IMG/VR virus record: IMGVR_UViG_3300046012_000093
Coordinates: 1 to 62,871 of that record
Direction: 5' to 3' (one strand)
From: a virus
Lineage: Duplodnaviria; Caudoviricetes
DNA length: 62,871 nucleotides
The notes under the pieces are model-generated. The model saw nothing but the letters and a program-made list of their open reading frames with translations, made no database searches and was not told the DNA's origin. Shown here piece after piece: positions 9,412 through 18,768 of this stretch. Position 1 is the first letter of the stretch; every line of letters starts with the position of its first letter. The translations under genes were made by a program, and so were the position numbers.

Positions 9412-10641
9412 GTGGCTAACAGCCTTCTCACTATCTCCATGATCACGGCCGAAGCGGTCATGATCTTCAAGAACTCCAACGCATTCATGCAGAACCTAAG
9501 TACTCAGTACGATAGCTCTTTCGCTATCACTGGTGCTAAGATCGGTTCTCAACTGCGTGTCCGACTGCCCCTTGACTATACCGTCACCGACGGCCCAGGT
9601 CTCCAGGCACAGGACTCCCAAGAGCAACAACTCACACTGGCTCTTGCTACTCAACGTCACGTCGATCTGAGCTTCAGTTCGGCTGAACAGACATTGAGTG
9701 TCGACGACTACGCCGAACGCTTCCTCCTGCCCGCTATGAACAACCTCGCTGGTAACGTCGCCAGTACTATCATGGCTGGTTCTGAGGGTGGCATCGCTAA
9801 CCTCGTCGCTAACTTCGACGCAAGCAACAACATTCTGTCTCCTGGCCTTCAACAAGTCCTGGACTCTCGGGCTGTCCTTGCTGACAACTCTGCACCGTTG
9901 CTCGACCGGAAGATCGTCCTCGATCCTCACTCGATGGCTCGACTGACTGGTTCTCTGTCAGGTCTGCTGAACCCAGCGACTGACATCTCGAAGCAATATC
10001 GAGACGGTTCTGTCTACAACGCCGCAGGTTATACCTGGCTAGAAGACCAGACTGCTATCAAGCATGTCACTGGTACATTCTCTGCCGGTACTGTAAACGG
10101 TGCTGGTCAGACTGGTACGACTCTCGTGACAAACGCCATCACTGGTACTCTGAACGTCGGTGACATCATCACCATCGCCAGCGTCAACGCCGTCAACCGT
10201 GTGACTAAGCAGTCTCTCCAGACTGTCCGTCAGTTCGTCGTGACTGCCAACGTCCTGTCCGGTGCGACTTCTATTCCGATCTATCCTGCGATCACTCCTG
10301 GTGGTCTCGGTTATGTCGCGACTACAGGTCAAGGTGCCCAACAGTACCAGACTGTCGATGTCTCTCCGGCTAACTCGGCTGTGATTTCTCTAGTCACTAA
10401 CGCCTCTAGTACTTTCCGGAAGAACATCTCCTTCGCTCCTGAAGCGATCACCATGGTGACGGCTGACCTCGAAAAGCCGCCTATGACTGAGTGCTCTCGT
10501 AAGGAATACGACGGTGTGTCGATGCGTATCCTTCGTAGTTATGTCCCTGGTACTGACCAGACCGTGACTCGTTGTGACGTCCTCTTCGGATACCTCTACA
10601 TCCGACCTGAGTGGGGTGTCATCGTAGCCGACGCCATCTAA
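9412..10641 (+). CDS. major capsid protein, P22 coat (gp5) family
   Basis: MANSLLT...GAKIGSQLRVRLP...RCDVLFGYLYIRPEW. Confidence 0.93.
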   Translation: MANSLLTISMITAEAVMIFKNSNAFMQNLSTQYDSSFAITGAKIGSQLRVRLPLDYTVTDGPGLQAQDSQEQQLTLALATQRHVDLSFSSAEQTLSVDDYAERFLLPAMNNLAGNVASTIMAGSEGGIANLVANFDASNNILSPGLQQVLDSRAVLADNSAPLLDRKIVLDPHSMARLTGSLSGLLNPATDISKQYRDGSVYNAAGYTWLEDQTAIKHVTGTFSAGTVNGAGQTGTTLVTNAITGTLNVGDIITIASVNAVNRVTKQSLQTVRQFVVTANVLSGATSIPIYPAITPGGLGYVATTGQGAQQYQTVDVSPANSAVISLVTNASSTFRKNISFAPEAITMVTADLEKPPMTECSRKEYDGVSMRILRSYVPGTDQTVTRCDVLFGYLYIRPEWGVIVADAI

Positions 10642-10706
10642 GGAAACTACGCTCCGGGTAAGCCTCTGCCGAAAGGTATGCCCCCGGAGCAAGTTTTAGG
10701 TAAGAA

Positions 10707-11150
10707 ATGTCAGACGCTAAATCAAAATCTGGAACTGCCAAAGCCGTGTCTCGTGGAGGACATCCGTCTTCTGGAGGACATTTCGGTAAAGCAACACCCG
10801 GACGTGCTCTGAGACAAAACAACAACCCGATGTCTAGACTCAACAGAAGTCGTTGGGACTATGACCCCGGATCAAACGGAGGCGAAATGCCGTATCAATT
10901 CCAAGAATATCCTAAACACGTCTATCCCAATCCCCATAAGCTCAAGGAATATGTAGTCGTCAACAGCGAAGACGAAGAACGTCTAGCTCTACGTGGTGAA
11001 GAAATCGTCAGAGAAGACGAAGAACGTAAGAGACTAGTGACTCTCGCTGAAGTAAACCATGTCCAGGTAGACAAGCGTTGGGGCATCCATAAACTCACTA
11101 AGGCTCTAGACGACGCCGGTTTCGATTCTTCTGCTAATCCATTCGTATAG
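10707..11150 (+). CDS. hypothetical protein downstream of coat
   Basis: 147-aa ORF with EYPKHVY...VVNSEDEE motif. Confidence 0.6.
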   Translation: MSDAKSKSGTAKAVSRGGHPSSGGHFGKATPGRALRQNNNPMSRLNRSRWDYDPGSNGGEMPYQFQEYPKHVYPNPHKLKEYVVVNSEDEERLALRGEEIVREDEERKRLVTLAEVNHVQVDKRWGIHKLTKALDDAGFDSSANPFV

Positions 11151-11163
11151 ATAGGACACTCCC

Positions 11164-11886
11164 TTGACCACTGTCAACGACTTTCTGACACTTGCTCTGA
11201 TTGATGCTGGTATTCTAGGTCAGGGACAAATCGCCCAAGCCGAGGACCTCAACAACGCCTTCACTAGAGTCAACTGGATCATATCACAGTGGAACCGTCG
11301 TCGTTGGCTCCTCTATAATCTGACAGACGTCTCTGTAGTCACGACAGGTGCTGAGAGTTATACTATCGGTCCTGGACAGAATTTCAATACACCGAGACCA
11401 GATCGTCTAGAAGACGGAAGTTTCCTACGACAGTTGAATACCTCAGGCGGTCAACAAGTCGATTATCCTCTCCAGTTGCTGTCGTCTCACGAAGACTACA
11501 ACCGTATCAGATTGAAGACTATGGGTACTTGGCCTTCAATCATCTTCTATGACTCGAACTGGCCGACAGGGACGATCTTCGCGTGGCCTGTTCCTGCGTC
11601 TGGACTCTACGAACTCCACATCCTAGTCAAGCATCAACTGACGGCCTTTACTTCGTTGACACAGACGATCAACCTACCTCCTGAATACGAAGTCGCTCTG
11701 TCTTATAACCTTCAAGTCCGTCTCCGTGTCGCTTATAGGATGCCTGCCGATCCTGCTATGGTCCAACTAGCGAAAGACGGTCTGAATGTCATCCGTGGTG
11801 CGAACATCCAAGTCCCCTCAATGAAGATGCCCCCGGCAGTCATCGGTGCCCAACGGAGTTATAACGTCTACAGTGACGGTTACTGA
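11164..11886 (+). CDS. head-tail adaptor (P22 gp4-like)
   Basis: ALIDAGILGQGQ...LPPEYEVALSYNL; synteny. Confidence 0.75.
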   Translation: MTTVNDFLTLALIDAGILGQGQIAQAEDLNNAFTRVNWIISQWNRRRWLLYNLTDVSVVTTGAESYTIGPGQNFNTPRPDRLEDGSFLRQLNTSGGQQVDYPLQLLSSHEDYNRIRLKTMGTWPSIIFYDSNWPTGTIFAWPVPASGLYELHILVKHQLTAFTSLTQTINLPPEYEVALSYNLQVRLRVAYRMPADPAMVQLAKDGLNVIRGANIQVPSMKMPPAVIGAQRSYNVYSDGY

Positions 11887-13367
11887 TGTCTCTAGTAAAA
11901 GTCCCACTCACCGGAGGAATGTACCAAGCAAGAAGTGTTATCGCTTCTGCCCAGAGGTGTGTCAATCTCTATCCTGAGAAGAACGCCGAAGACGCTCCGT
12001 TTCCTGTGACGTGTCAATTGACACCAGGACTGACTAGACTCATCACCGGATCAGGTGGAGCTTGTCGTTGTGCCTTCACGGCATCTAACGGACAGCTATA
12101 TGAAGTCGTCGGCCCTAATGTCTATATGACTTCTTCTTCATGGGTCAGGACGGCTCTCGGGACTATCAGGGACGGAACGACACCTGTCTCTATGGCAGAC
12201 AACGGCCTCGTCGTTCTAATCGTAGACGGGACAGACCAAGGATATTGCATCGAACTGAGTTCTAACTCCTTCGGTGTCGTAGCCGGTCAAGCTGGTGCCT
12301 TCTACGGTGCTGACAGAGTCGACGTCGTAGATACGTTCTTTCTGTTGAATCGTCCTGGTACGAACCAATGGTACATCTCGTTGTCCAACGTGACCTTCGC
12401 TAATCTGACAGGGACTATCTCTATCGACGCGACGGCTGCTGCATTCGATCCGTTAGACATCGCAGCTAAGACAGGTAATCCTGATCCAATCCAAGGTGTC
12501 ATTGTCATGCACAGGGAACCTTGGTTAGTCGGGTCAGAGACTACAGAAGTCTGGTATGACTCTGGTAACGCCCAGTTCGCATTCTCTGAACTCCCAGGTG
12601 TCTTCATTGAACACGGGACTGTCGCTCCGTATTCACTCTGCAAACAAGACCTGTCTGTCTATTGGTTGAGCCAAGACCGTCAAGGAACCCGTATCGTCTT
12701 CGCTGGTAATCAGTATGCCGCTAAACGGATATCGACCCATTCCATCGAACAACAACTCTCGACATACTCTGACGTCTCTGACTGTATCGGATTCACTTAT
12801 CAACAGTTAGGTCACGTCTTTCTCGTCTTGATATTCCCGACTGCTAACGTGACTTGGGTCTATGACATCGCGGAAGAGTTATGGCATGAAAGAACCTGGA
12901 CAGACAACAACGGACAAGAGAACAGAATTCGTGCGAATACATGTGCTTCTGCTTATGGGACAGTCGTCGTAGGAGATTGGGAGAATGGAAATCTATACGA
13001 GTATGACTTGACCGCTTATACGGATGACGGTTCACCGATTGTCCGTCGTAGAGGATTTCCTGATATCCAACTCGAAAATCGTCGGACTGAACACGCAAGG
13101 ATTGTCTTTGACATGGACGTCGGAGACAGTGGAGATACATTGACGACTGACGGTCCTATGATTAATTTACGATACAGTGACAACCGTGGTGAGACCTTCG
13201 GTAATCCTCTCGTCTATTCTATAGGTTCCACGGGTCAGTTCGACAAATCCGTCCTATTTACTCGTCTAGGTCTGGCACGAAATCGTGTCTATGAAATATT
13301 CTGGGAATTCGATGCATTCACGGCATTGAACGGGGGAGACGTCTGGCTGGAGGCTTCTGAGACATGA
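11886..13367 (+). CDS. tail hub / DNA stabilisation protein (P22 gp10-like)
   Basis: QRCVNLYPE, TPGL, TTEVW, RISTHSIE, LRYSDNRGETF, RLGLARNRVYEI. Confidence 0.88.
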   Translation: MSLVKVPLTGGMYQARSVIASAQRCVNLYPEKNAEDAPFPVTCQLTPGLTRLITGSGGACRCAFTASNGQLYEVVGPNVYMTSSSWVRTALGTIRDGTTPVSMADNGLVVLIVDGTDQGYCIELSSNSFGVVAGQAGAFYGADRVDVVDTFFLLNRPGTNQWYISLSNVTFANLTGTISIDATAAAFDPLDIAAKTGNPDPIQGVIVMHREPWLVGSETTEVWYDSGNAQFAFSELPGVFIEHGTVAPYSLCKQDLSVYWLSQDRQGTRIVFAGNQYAAKRISTHSIEQQLSTYSDVSDCIGFTYQQLGHVFLVLIFPTANVTWVYDIAEELWHERTWTDNNGQENRIRANTCASAYGTVVVGDWENGNLYEYDLTAYTDDGSPIVRRRGFPDIQLENRRTEHARIVFDMDVGDSGDTLTTDGPMINLRYSDNRGETFGNPLVYSIGSTGQFDKSVLFTRLGLARNRVYEIFWEFDAFTALNGGDVWLEASET

Positions 13368-14662
13368 TTACTCAACAAGGTTTTCCTAACGTATCGTCAC
13401 AACTCGTCGACGGTAGTGGACAGATTCAACAGGCTTGGCTCCAACTCTTGATCCAACTCTGGAACAGGACTGGTGGCGCTTCGGGTGTCATTACTAGTGA
13501 TGCCGACATCCAAAATGCTATCCTATCTGCACGACCATTACCCGTCTTTGATGGTATCCCTCTAGATTTACCACCTATTGTTCAGACCCCTCTTATAGCG
13601 TCGGACGACGTCTCTCTAGGGTCTCTAGTTCTCCAGAAGCCACAGGGTAGTGCTGCTGTTGAGAACATAGGAGTCACTGGTCACTATGTACCGCTCTTAG
13701 ATGGTATCAATACCTGGAACGCCCTGAATACGTACAGTGCTGACGTCGCTGCAACTGTCACACCATATATGTCATGGAAGCCGACAGACTACGGAGTCGG
13801 AAAGACCCAACTCGAAATAATCAAACAGTCCGCTACGGATTGGCAGATTGCTATCTCTGACGGTTCTTCTGCGACAGGGACGATCAACTTCTCTTCTACA
13901 GGACTACAGTGGAGTGGTAACACTATCCTGACTGTCGCTGACACAGGGACGTCAGGACATAAGCTTCCGTATCTCGATGGAGCTAACACTTGGTCGACGA
14001 CTCAGACATTTACAGTCGCACCAGTATTTACTGCTCAAGCTGCTACAAGAACTGCCTTAGGGTTAGGTACTGCCGCGACCCAGAACACTGGCACCTCAGG
14101 AGCGAACGTCCCGTTATTGAACGGGGCTAACACCTGGAGTAGCACTCAGACGTTGACTGTCGCTCCGGTCTTTACAGACCAGTCAGGTTCAAGGACAGCT
14201 CTTGGACTAGGTACGACAGCCACTACAAATACCGGAACAACCAGCGGGACAGTCCCTCTGATTACTACTGGGTCATGGACACCGACACTCGTCTATGCGA
14301 CACCCGGATCAGGAACAGTAGCTTATACGACACAAGCCGGAAATTGGTTCAGGATAGGTAATCTGATTTTTATCGATTTCTTTCTAATCTTTACTCCGAC
14401 GAAAGGTACTGCCTCTGGTGTCTTGACTATGCCGACGTTACCTTTTGGTGTCACCGACGCCGGACGGATTGGTGGTACTCTAGCCTCTATGTCAGGAGGA
14501 TGGACTGGTCTGACTAATACAATCTTACTGTCTACAGGATCACCTAACACGACTCTAGCTATATTTACGACAAATGGTACGGCAACTACCCAAGCTACTG
14601 TGGCTAATCTCACGAATGCCGCTTCACATCTAATCTCTGGATCAATGATCTATAACATCTAA
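13364..14662 (+). CDS. tail needle/fibre protein with ~46-aa internal repeats
   Basis: gp26 position; repeated GTSG..(L/V)P.L.GANTWS..QT.TVAPVFT....RTALGLGT.AT.NT. Confidence 0.7.
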   Translation: MITQQGFPNVSSQLVDGSGQIQQAWLQLLIQLWNRTGGASGVITSDADIQNAILSARPLPVFDGIPLDLPPIVQTPLIASDDVSLGSLVLQKPQGSAAVENIGVTGHYVPLLDGINTWNALNTYSADVAATVTPYMSWKPTDYGVGKTQLEIIKQSATDWQIAISDGSSATGTINFSSTGLQWSGNTILTVADTGTSGHKLPYLDGANTWSTTQTFTVAPVFTAQAATRTALGLGTAATQNTGTSGANVPLLNGANTWSSTQTLTVAPVFTDQSGSRTALGLGTTATTNTGTTSGTVPLITTGSWTPTLVYATPGSGTVAYTTQAGNWFRIGNLIFIDFFLIFTPTKGTASGVLTMPTLPFGVTDAGRIGGTLASMSGGWTGLTNTILLSTGSPNTTLAIFTTNGTATTQATVANLTNAASHLISGSMIYNI

Positions 14663-14673
14663 AGGAGTCTGGA

Positions 14674-15021
14674 ATGGCTGTCACACCAGTCGTAATCTAT
14701 AGCGGCGGACAACTCTCTAATGTCGCAGCCGCAGTCGCTACTGCCAAGACAAACATCACGGCATTCATCGTGACGTCGGCTGTCTTCACTAATACCGACA
14801 GTGTTCCCCATACGTTTTCTGTCTGGGTCGTAAGATCAGGCGGAACGAATACTTCGGCGAACCAACTCGTCGTCAGTAAACAACTGACAGCTAACCAAGA
14901 CTACATCGCTGTCGATCTCCAGGGACAGATGCTCAGTCCAGGTGATGCGATTTGGCTCCAGGCTGACGCAGCTTCGAAGATCACCTGTGTCGGTATCTCA
15001 GGTTATCAGATAACTCAGTGA
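14674..15021 (+). CDS. putative small virion protein
   Basis: 115 aa, beta-rich; SD AAGGAG. Confidence 0.55.
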   Translation: MAVTPVVIYSGGQLSNVAAAVATAKTNITAFIVTSAVFTNTDSVPHTFSVWVVRSGGTNTSANQLVVSKQLTANQDYIAVDLQGQMLSPGDAIWLQADAASKITCVGISGYQITQ

Positions 15022-16055
15022 CACCTTTCGTTGTTTTCTCTCTTCCACGCTCTCGTTCTGCGTGGTTGTCGACTGTCCTCTGTTCCTCTGGAAGACTAGT
15101 CGGTCATGACATAGGAATAAATTGTAAGACACCTGAAGATTTTATTTCTGAGTTGACGTCTCGTGGTGGGACTTGTGAGACAGGTGCGTCATTTGCTTGG
15201 AGAGAAATTCGGAAAGTCTTTCCTTATGCTCCATTTGTCGTCATACTTAGAAATCCAAAAGACGTCGATGAGTCTCTACAGAAGTTTGGACTCGCCGGTT
15301 ATCTCCCAGAGTTAGAAAAAAGATACGAAGAACTCATTGAAATTTCTTCTCAACCGAATGTCTTTTCATGTCGTTATGAAGATTTGTCAAGTTCTGAAAT
15401 CATTTCCGATCTGTATAGACATTGCACCGGACAAGAATCTTCTTTAGATTGGATCAACAAATTACAAGACACGAATATCCAAGTCGATATGGGGAGACGA
15501 ATCTCTACATTGTCTCAGAACAAGACCCAGATCGATCTATTGAAACAACAAATCAACGAACGAATCTCACGGGATTCATATGACATCAAAGTCGAAACAT
15601 GGTCGTCTGATCTTTGGAGAGACGCCAAACAATCTGCTGAATCTCATTTCGTTGAAGTCGATGGTGGTATAGAGCCTAATCGGAAATTCGTACTAGACGA
15701 AGACTTGATGCAAAACCTCCAAGACGCTGGACTTCTTCTTATCGTGACGGCCAGAAAGAACGGACAATTCATCGGGTACTTCACTTGGCAGATATCTCCC
15801 GATATTGAATCTAAAGGACTCTTGATTGCTCAACAAGGTGCGTGGTATGTCAATCCAGGGCACCCAAGAATTGCTTTCAAGATGTTTGATAAATCTGTCG
15901 ATGAACTAAAGAGACGTGGTGTCAAGTGTATCTTCCCACATCATAGGACACAGGGTCGTGGTGCTAATATTGGAAAATTCTTTGAAAAACGTGGGGCTAA
16001 ATTAATCCAACATACTTATAGTTTGTGGATTGGAGAAGACGAATGCCGAGTATAA
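15018..16055 (+). CDS. sulfotransferase-like P-loop domain fused to GNAT domain (P22 gp14 position)
   Basis: SLPRSRSAWL, LRNPKDVDESL, RYEDL; C-terminal WYVNPGH...FFEKRGAK. Confidence 0.6.
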   Translation: MTPFVVFSLPRSRSAWLSTVLCSSGRLVGHDIGINCKTPEDFISELTSRGGTCETGASFAWREIRKVFPYAPFVVILRNPKDVDESLQKFGLAGYLPELEKRYEELIEISSQPNVFSCRYEDLSSSEIISDLYRHCTGQESSLDWINKLQDTNIQVDMGRRISTLSQNKTQIDLLKQQINERISRDSYDIKVETWSSDLWRDAKQSAESHFVEVDGGIEPNRKFVLDEDLMQNLQDAGLLLIVTARKNGQFIGYFTWQISPDIESKGLLIAQQGAWYVNPGHPRIAFKMFDKSVDELKRRGVKCIFPHHRTQGRGANIGKFFEKRGAKLIQHTYSLWIGEDECRV

Positions 16056-16792
16056 GTATCCCATCCGCCGTGGTCGGTGCAGCAGTATTAGGTAGCGCAG
16101 GTATTGCTGGTGCGGCTATCTCTAGTTCGGCTGCGAAGAGTGCATCTAAGACACAAGCCGCCGCAGAGACACAAGCCGCTGATACTATGCATCAACAGTA
16201 TCTCCAGACTCGGGCAGACCTTCTTCCGTATAACACGGCCGGACAGACAGCGACGACCCAACTCCAAGGCATGTCTCCGTTCAGTTTCCAACCGACACAG
16301 GCTCAACTCGAAGCGACACCCGGTTATCAGTTCAACCTGTCACAGGGTCTGAAGTCTACACAGAATGGTTATGCTGCTCAAGGACTAGGTACGTCAGGAG
16401 CAGCCCTGAAGGGCGCTGCGACGTATGCCAGTGGTCTTGCTGACACTACGTACCAGAACCAGTTCAAGAATGCCCTAGACAGCTATACGACTAACGTCAG
16501 TCGTCTACAAAACATTGCCAGCCTCGGTGAGAACGCCGGTGCTAACACAGGGAACTTCGGGACACAGACTGCCGCTAACATCGGTCAGACTGCCGTCGGA
16601 GCGGCTAACGCTTCTGCTGCGGGGACTATCGGTTCTGCGAATGCCATCACTGGTGGTATCAACAGCTTGTCTAACGCTTATCTGTTCAACCAGTTCTATG
16701 GTAATCCGGGTGGTGGTTCTGGTATGTTCCAAGTAGGAGGACCTTCTTCTGACTTAGGTCACGCAAATGACGCTCTAGGAGGGCTTTATTGA
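16043..16792 (+). CDS. DNA ejection protein (P22 gp7-like)
   Basis: Gly/Ala-rich hydrophobic N-terminus; PGYQF..QG...SGAALK motif. Confidence 0.75.
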   Translation: MPSISIPSAVVGAAVLGSAGIAGAAISSSAAKSASKTQAAAETQAADTMHQQYLQTRADLLPYNTAGQTATTQLQGMSPFSFQPTQAQLEATPGYQFNLSQGLKSTQNGYAAQGLGTSGAALKGAATYASGLADTTYQNQFKNALDSYTTNVSRLQNIASLGENAGANTGNFGTQTAANIGQTAVGAANASAAGTIGSANAITGGINSLSNAYLFNQFYGNPGGGSGMFQVGGPSSDLGHANDALGGLY

Positions 16793-17190
16793 TGGGTTTC
16801 CCCAATCTTACACAACCTCAAGCTCAGCCTCAACCTCAACAAGCTCAGCCTGAGTACCAGACCTCTCCTGAAGAGATCAACCAAGGTCATCAACAAATCG
16901 ACGCTGTGATGGATGGCTTGATCAAACTCGTCAGTAAGCCTAAAGGACATCTGACTAAGAAAGACGTCTTCGACGAGACTTCTGAGATGATTGCCCGTGG
17001 AGCTTTTCCGACGGCTGAGGCGAAGCAACAACTCATCGGACAACTAGCGAAGCTTCCTAACGATGAAGAGAGTATTCGAAGAGGACTAGGGACTCAACTT
17101 CTTAATTTGTCTCAATTTAGGAATCACTTCCATAACGCCTTCGGGGCACCACCTGATCCGACAGAAGCTCTTAAACAGGGTAATCAATAA
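16789..17190 (+). CDS. hypothetical protein in ejection module
   Basis: 133 aa; QP-rich N-terminus. Confidence 0.6.
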   Translation: MMGFPNLTQPQAQPQPQQAQPEYQTSPEEINQGHQQIDAVMDGLIKLVSKPKGHLTKKDVFDETSEMIARGAFPTAEAKQQLIGQLAKLPNDEESIRRGLGTQLLNLSQFRNHFHNAFGAPPDPTEALKQGNQ

Positions 17191-18764
17191 TGGCTGGTTT
17201 TGACACGACGTCAGTCGCCGCTGACGTAAATACGAAGGGTCCTAATGCAATCGAGACTTTCACAGGTCTCGCTCAGATGCAGAACGCCCTCAATCAGAAC
17301 AGGCTGTTCCAAGCTAAGACTCTGGCTGGTCAATATCTAGAACAATCTATTGGTCCTGACGGTCAACCAGACCTCGGTCAATTCAGTGCAGCACTTCGCG
17401 GTGACAAGAGAACGGCGTCGTTCGCTCCTGAGATTCTCCAAGACGTCGCGACTCTTCGTGGTACTGGTATCTCTAACGTCCAGGCTGGGACAAACCTTGC
17501 TCAGTCACAGATGTTGAACTATCAACGTGATCTTGCGACAGCCGGGAACTCTAGTAAGGCTTCAGACCCTCAAGTCCGTCAACTCGAAAACCAACGAGCA
17601 GTAGCTTCTACGCTTGCTAACGGTGTCGCTAACGGAAGATATTCTCCTGAGATCGCTTCTGCTAAACTCGGTAACGGCGATGCGTTCCAAGATGCTGTCA
17701 GGACGGCCGCTATCTCTGGCGCTGGTGGTGCTGGAGCACAGGAAGCTCTGACTGGTACACCGACTCCTATCCAGACTGGTGAAGGCACTCAATTCGAGAA
17801 TGTCAACAGATTTGACAACACTTCCGCTCCTATGGGAGGCCAGGGGGCTTTCGTCCCGCAGGTCATTCCGACTACTGTCCAAACTGGTGGAGGGACACAA
17901 TTCGTCAACGTCCATCCGTCAGAAAATAAAGTCACGCCTACCGGATTCATAGCTAACGAGTTGTCACCACAAGACCTATCGACACAAGTCGAGACTATCG
18001 ACGCAGATGGTAACAAGTCAATGCATGTTCTAGGAGATTTCATCGATCAGAAGACACATACATGGAAAGACGGTGTCGCTCCTCCTATGACGGCTCTAGG
18101 CCCGTTGTCTAACACAGCTAAGGCTGCTCTAGGGTCTGCCTACGGCCCACAGATCGCACGGTTCGAGCAAGTCGCTGGTAATGCTCCGACTCAGAAACAA
18201 GTCATCGACATCATGCGGAAGTCTGGTGACGACTTCGACGCCGGTCCACATAGTAAGTTCTGGCAGAACTTCGGTGAAATCGCGAGTCAGTATCATGTCA
18301 AAGTCCCTGACGTCCCTGTTCTCAAGAACGGACAGATCGACCAAGTCCAGGCCAGAGAAGTCTTCGAGAAGACGGTCTCTATGGTCCTGTCTCAACAGGC
18401 TGCGGCGCTCCATCTAGACGACACTAACGAAGCTCGTCAGATGGCTCTCGCTTCTGTCCCGACGTCTTCGACTACACCACAAGGACGACGTAAGATTCTT
18501 GGACTCCTCGAAGGTAACGCCGACGCCCTAGATGCTATGGGTAAGGCATGGCTCCAACAGAAAGCCAAGGGTGGTGAAGGAACTTGGGGTCAATTCCAGA
18601 TCGAATTCCCCAATCGTGTCCCTCCGACGATCTTCCAGGCACAATATATGACACCTTCCGAGAAGGCTGATCTCATGAAAGGTTGGTCTGCACAGAAGAA
18701 GACACATTGGCAAGCGACTTATAACAAAGCAAAAGAACTCGGTTGGCTACCTAACGCAGAGTAA
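17190..18764 (+). CDS. DNA ejection protein (gp20 position)
   Basis: 524 aa, Gln/Ala-rich; synteny. Confidence 0.65.
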   Translation: MAGFDTTSVAADVNTKGPNAIETFTGLAQMQNALNQNRLFQAKTLAGQYLEQSIGPDGQPDLGQFSAALRGDKRTASFAPEILQDVATLRGTGISNVQAGTNLAQSQMLNYQRDLATAGNSSKASDPQVRQLENQRAVASTLANGVANGRYSPEIASAKLGNGDAFQDAVRTAAISGAGGAGAQEALTGTPTPIQTGEGTQFENVNRFDNTSAPMGGQGAFVPQVIPTTVQTGGGTQFVNVHPSENKVTPTGFIANELSPQDLSTQVETIDADGNKSMHVLGDFIDQKTHTWKDGVAPPMTALGPLSNTAKAALGSAYGPQIARFEQVAGNAPTQKQVIDIMRKSGDDFDAGPHSKFWQNFGEIASQYHVKVPDVPVLKNGQIDQVQAREVFEKTVSMVLSQQAAALHLDDTNEARQMALASVPTSSTTPQGRRKILGLLEGNADALDAMGKAWLQQKAKGGEGTWGQFQIEFPNRVPPTIFQAQYMTPSEKADLMKGWSAQKKTHWQATYNKAKELGWLPNAE

Positions 18765-18768
18765 ATGA

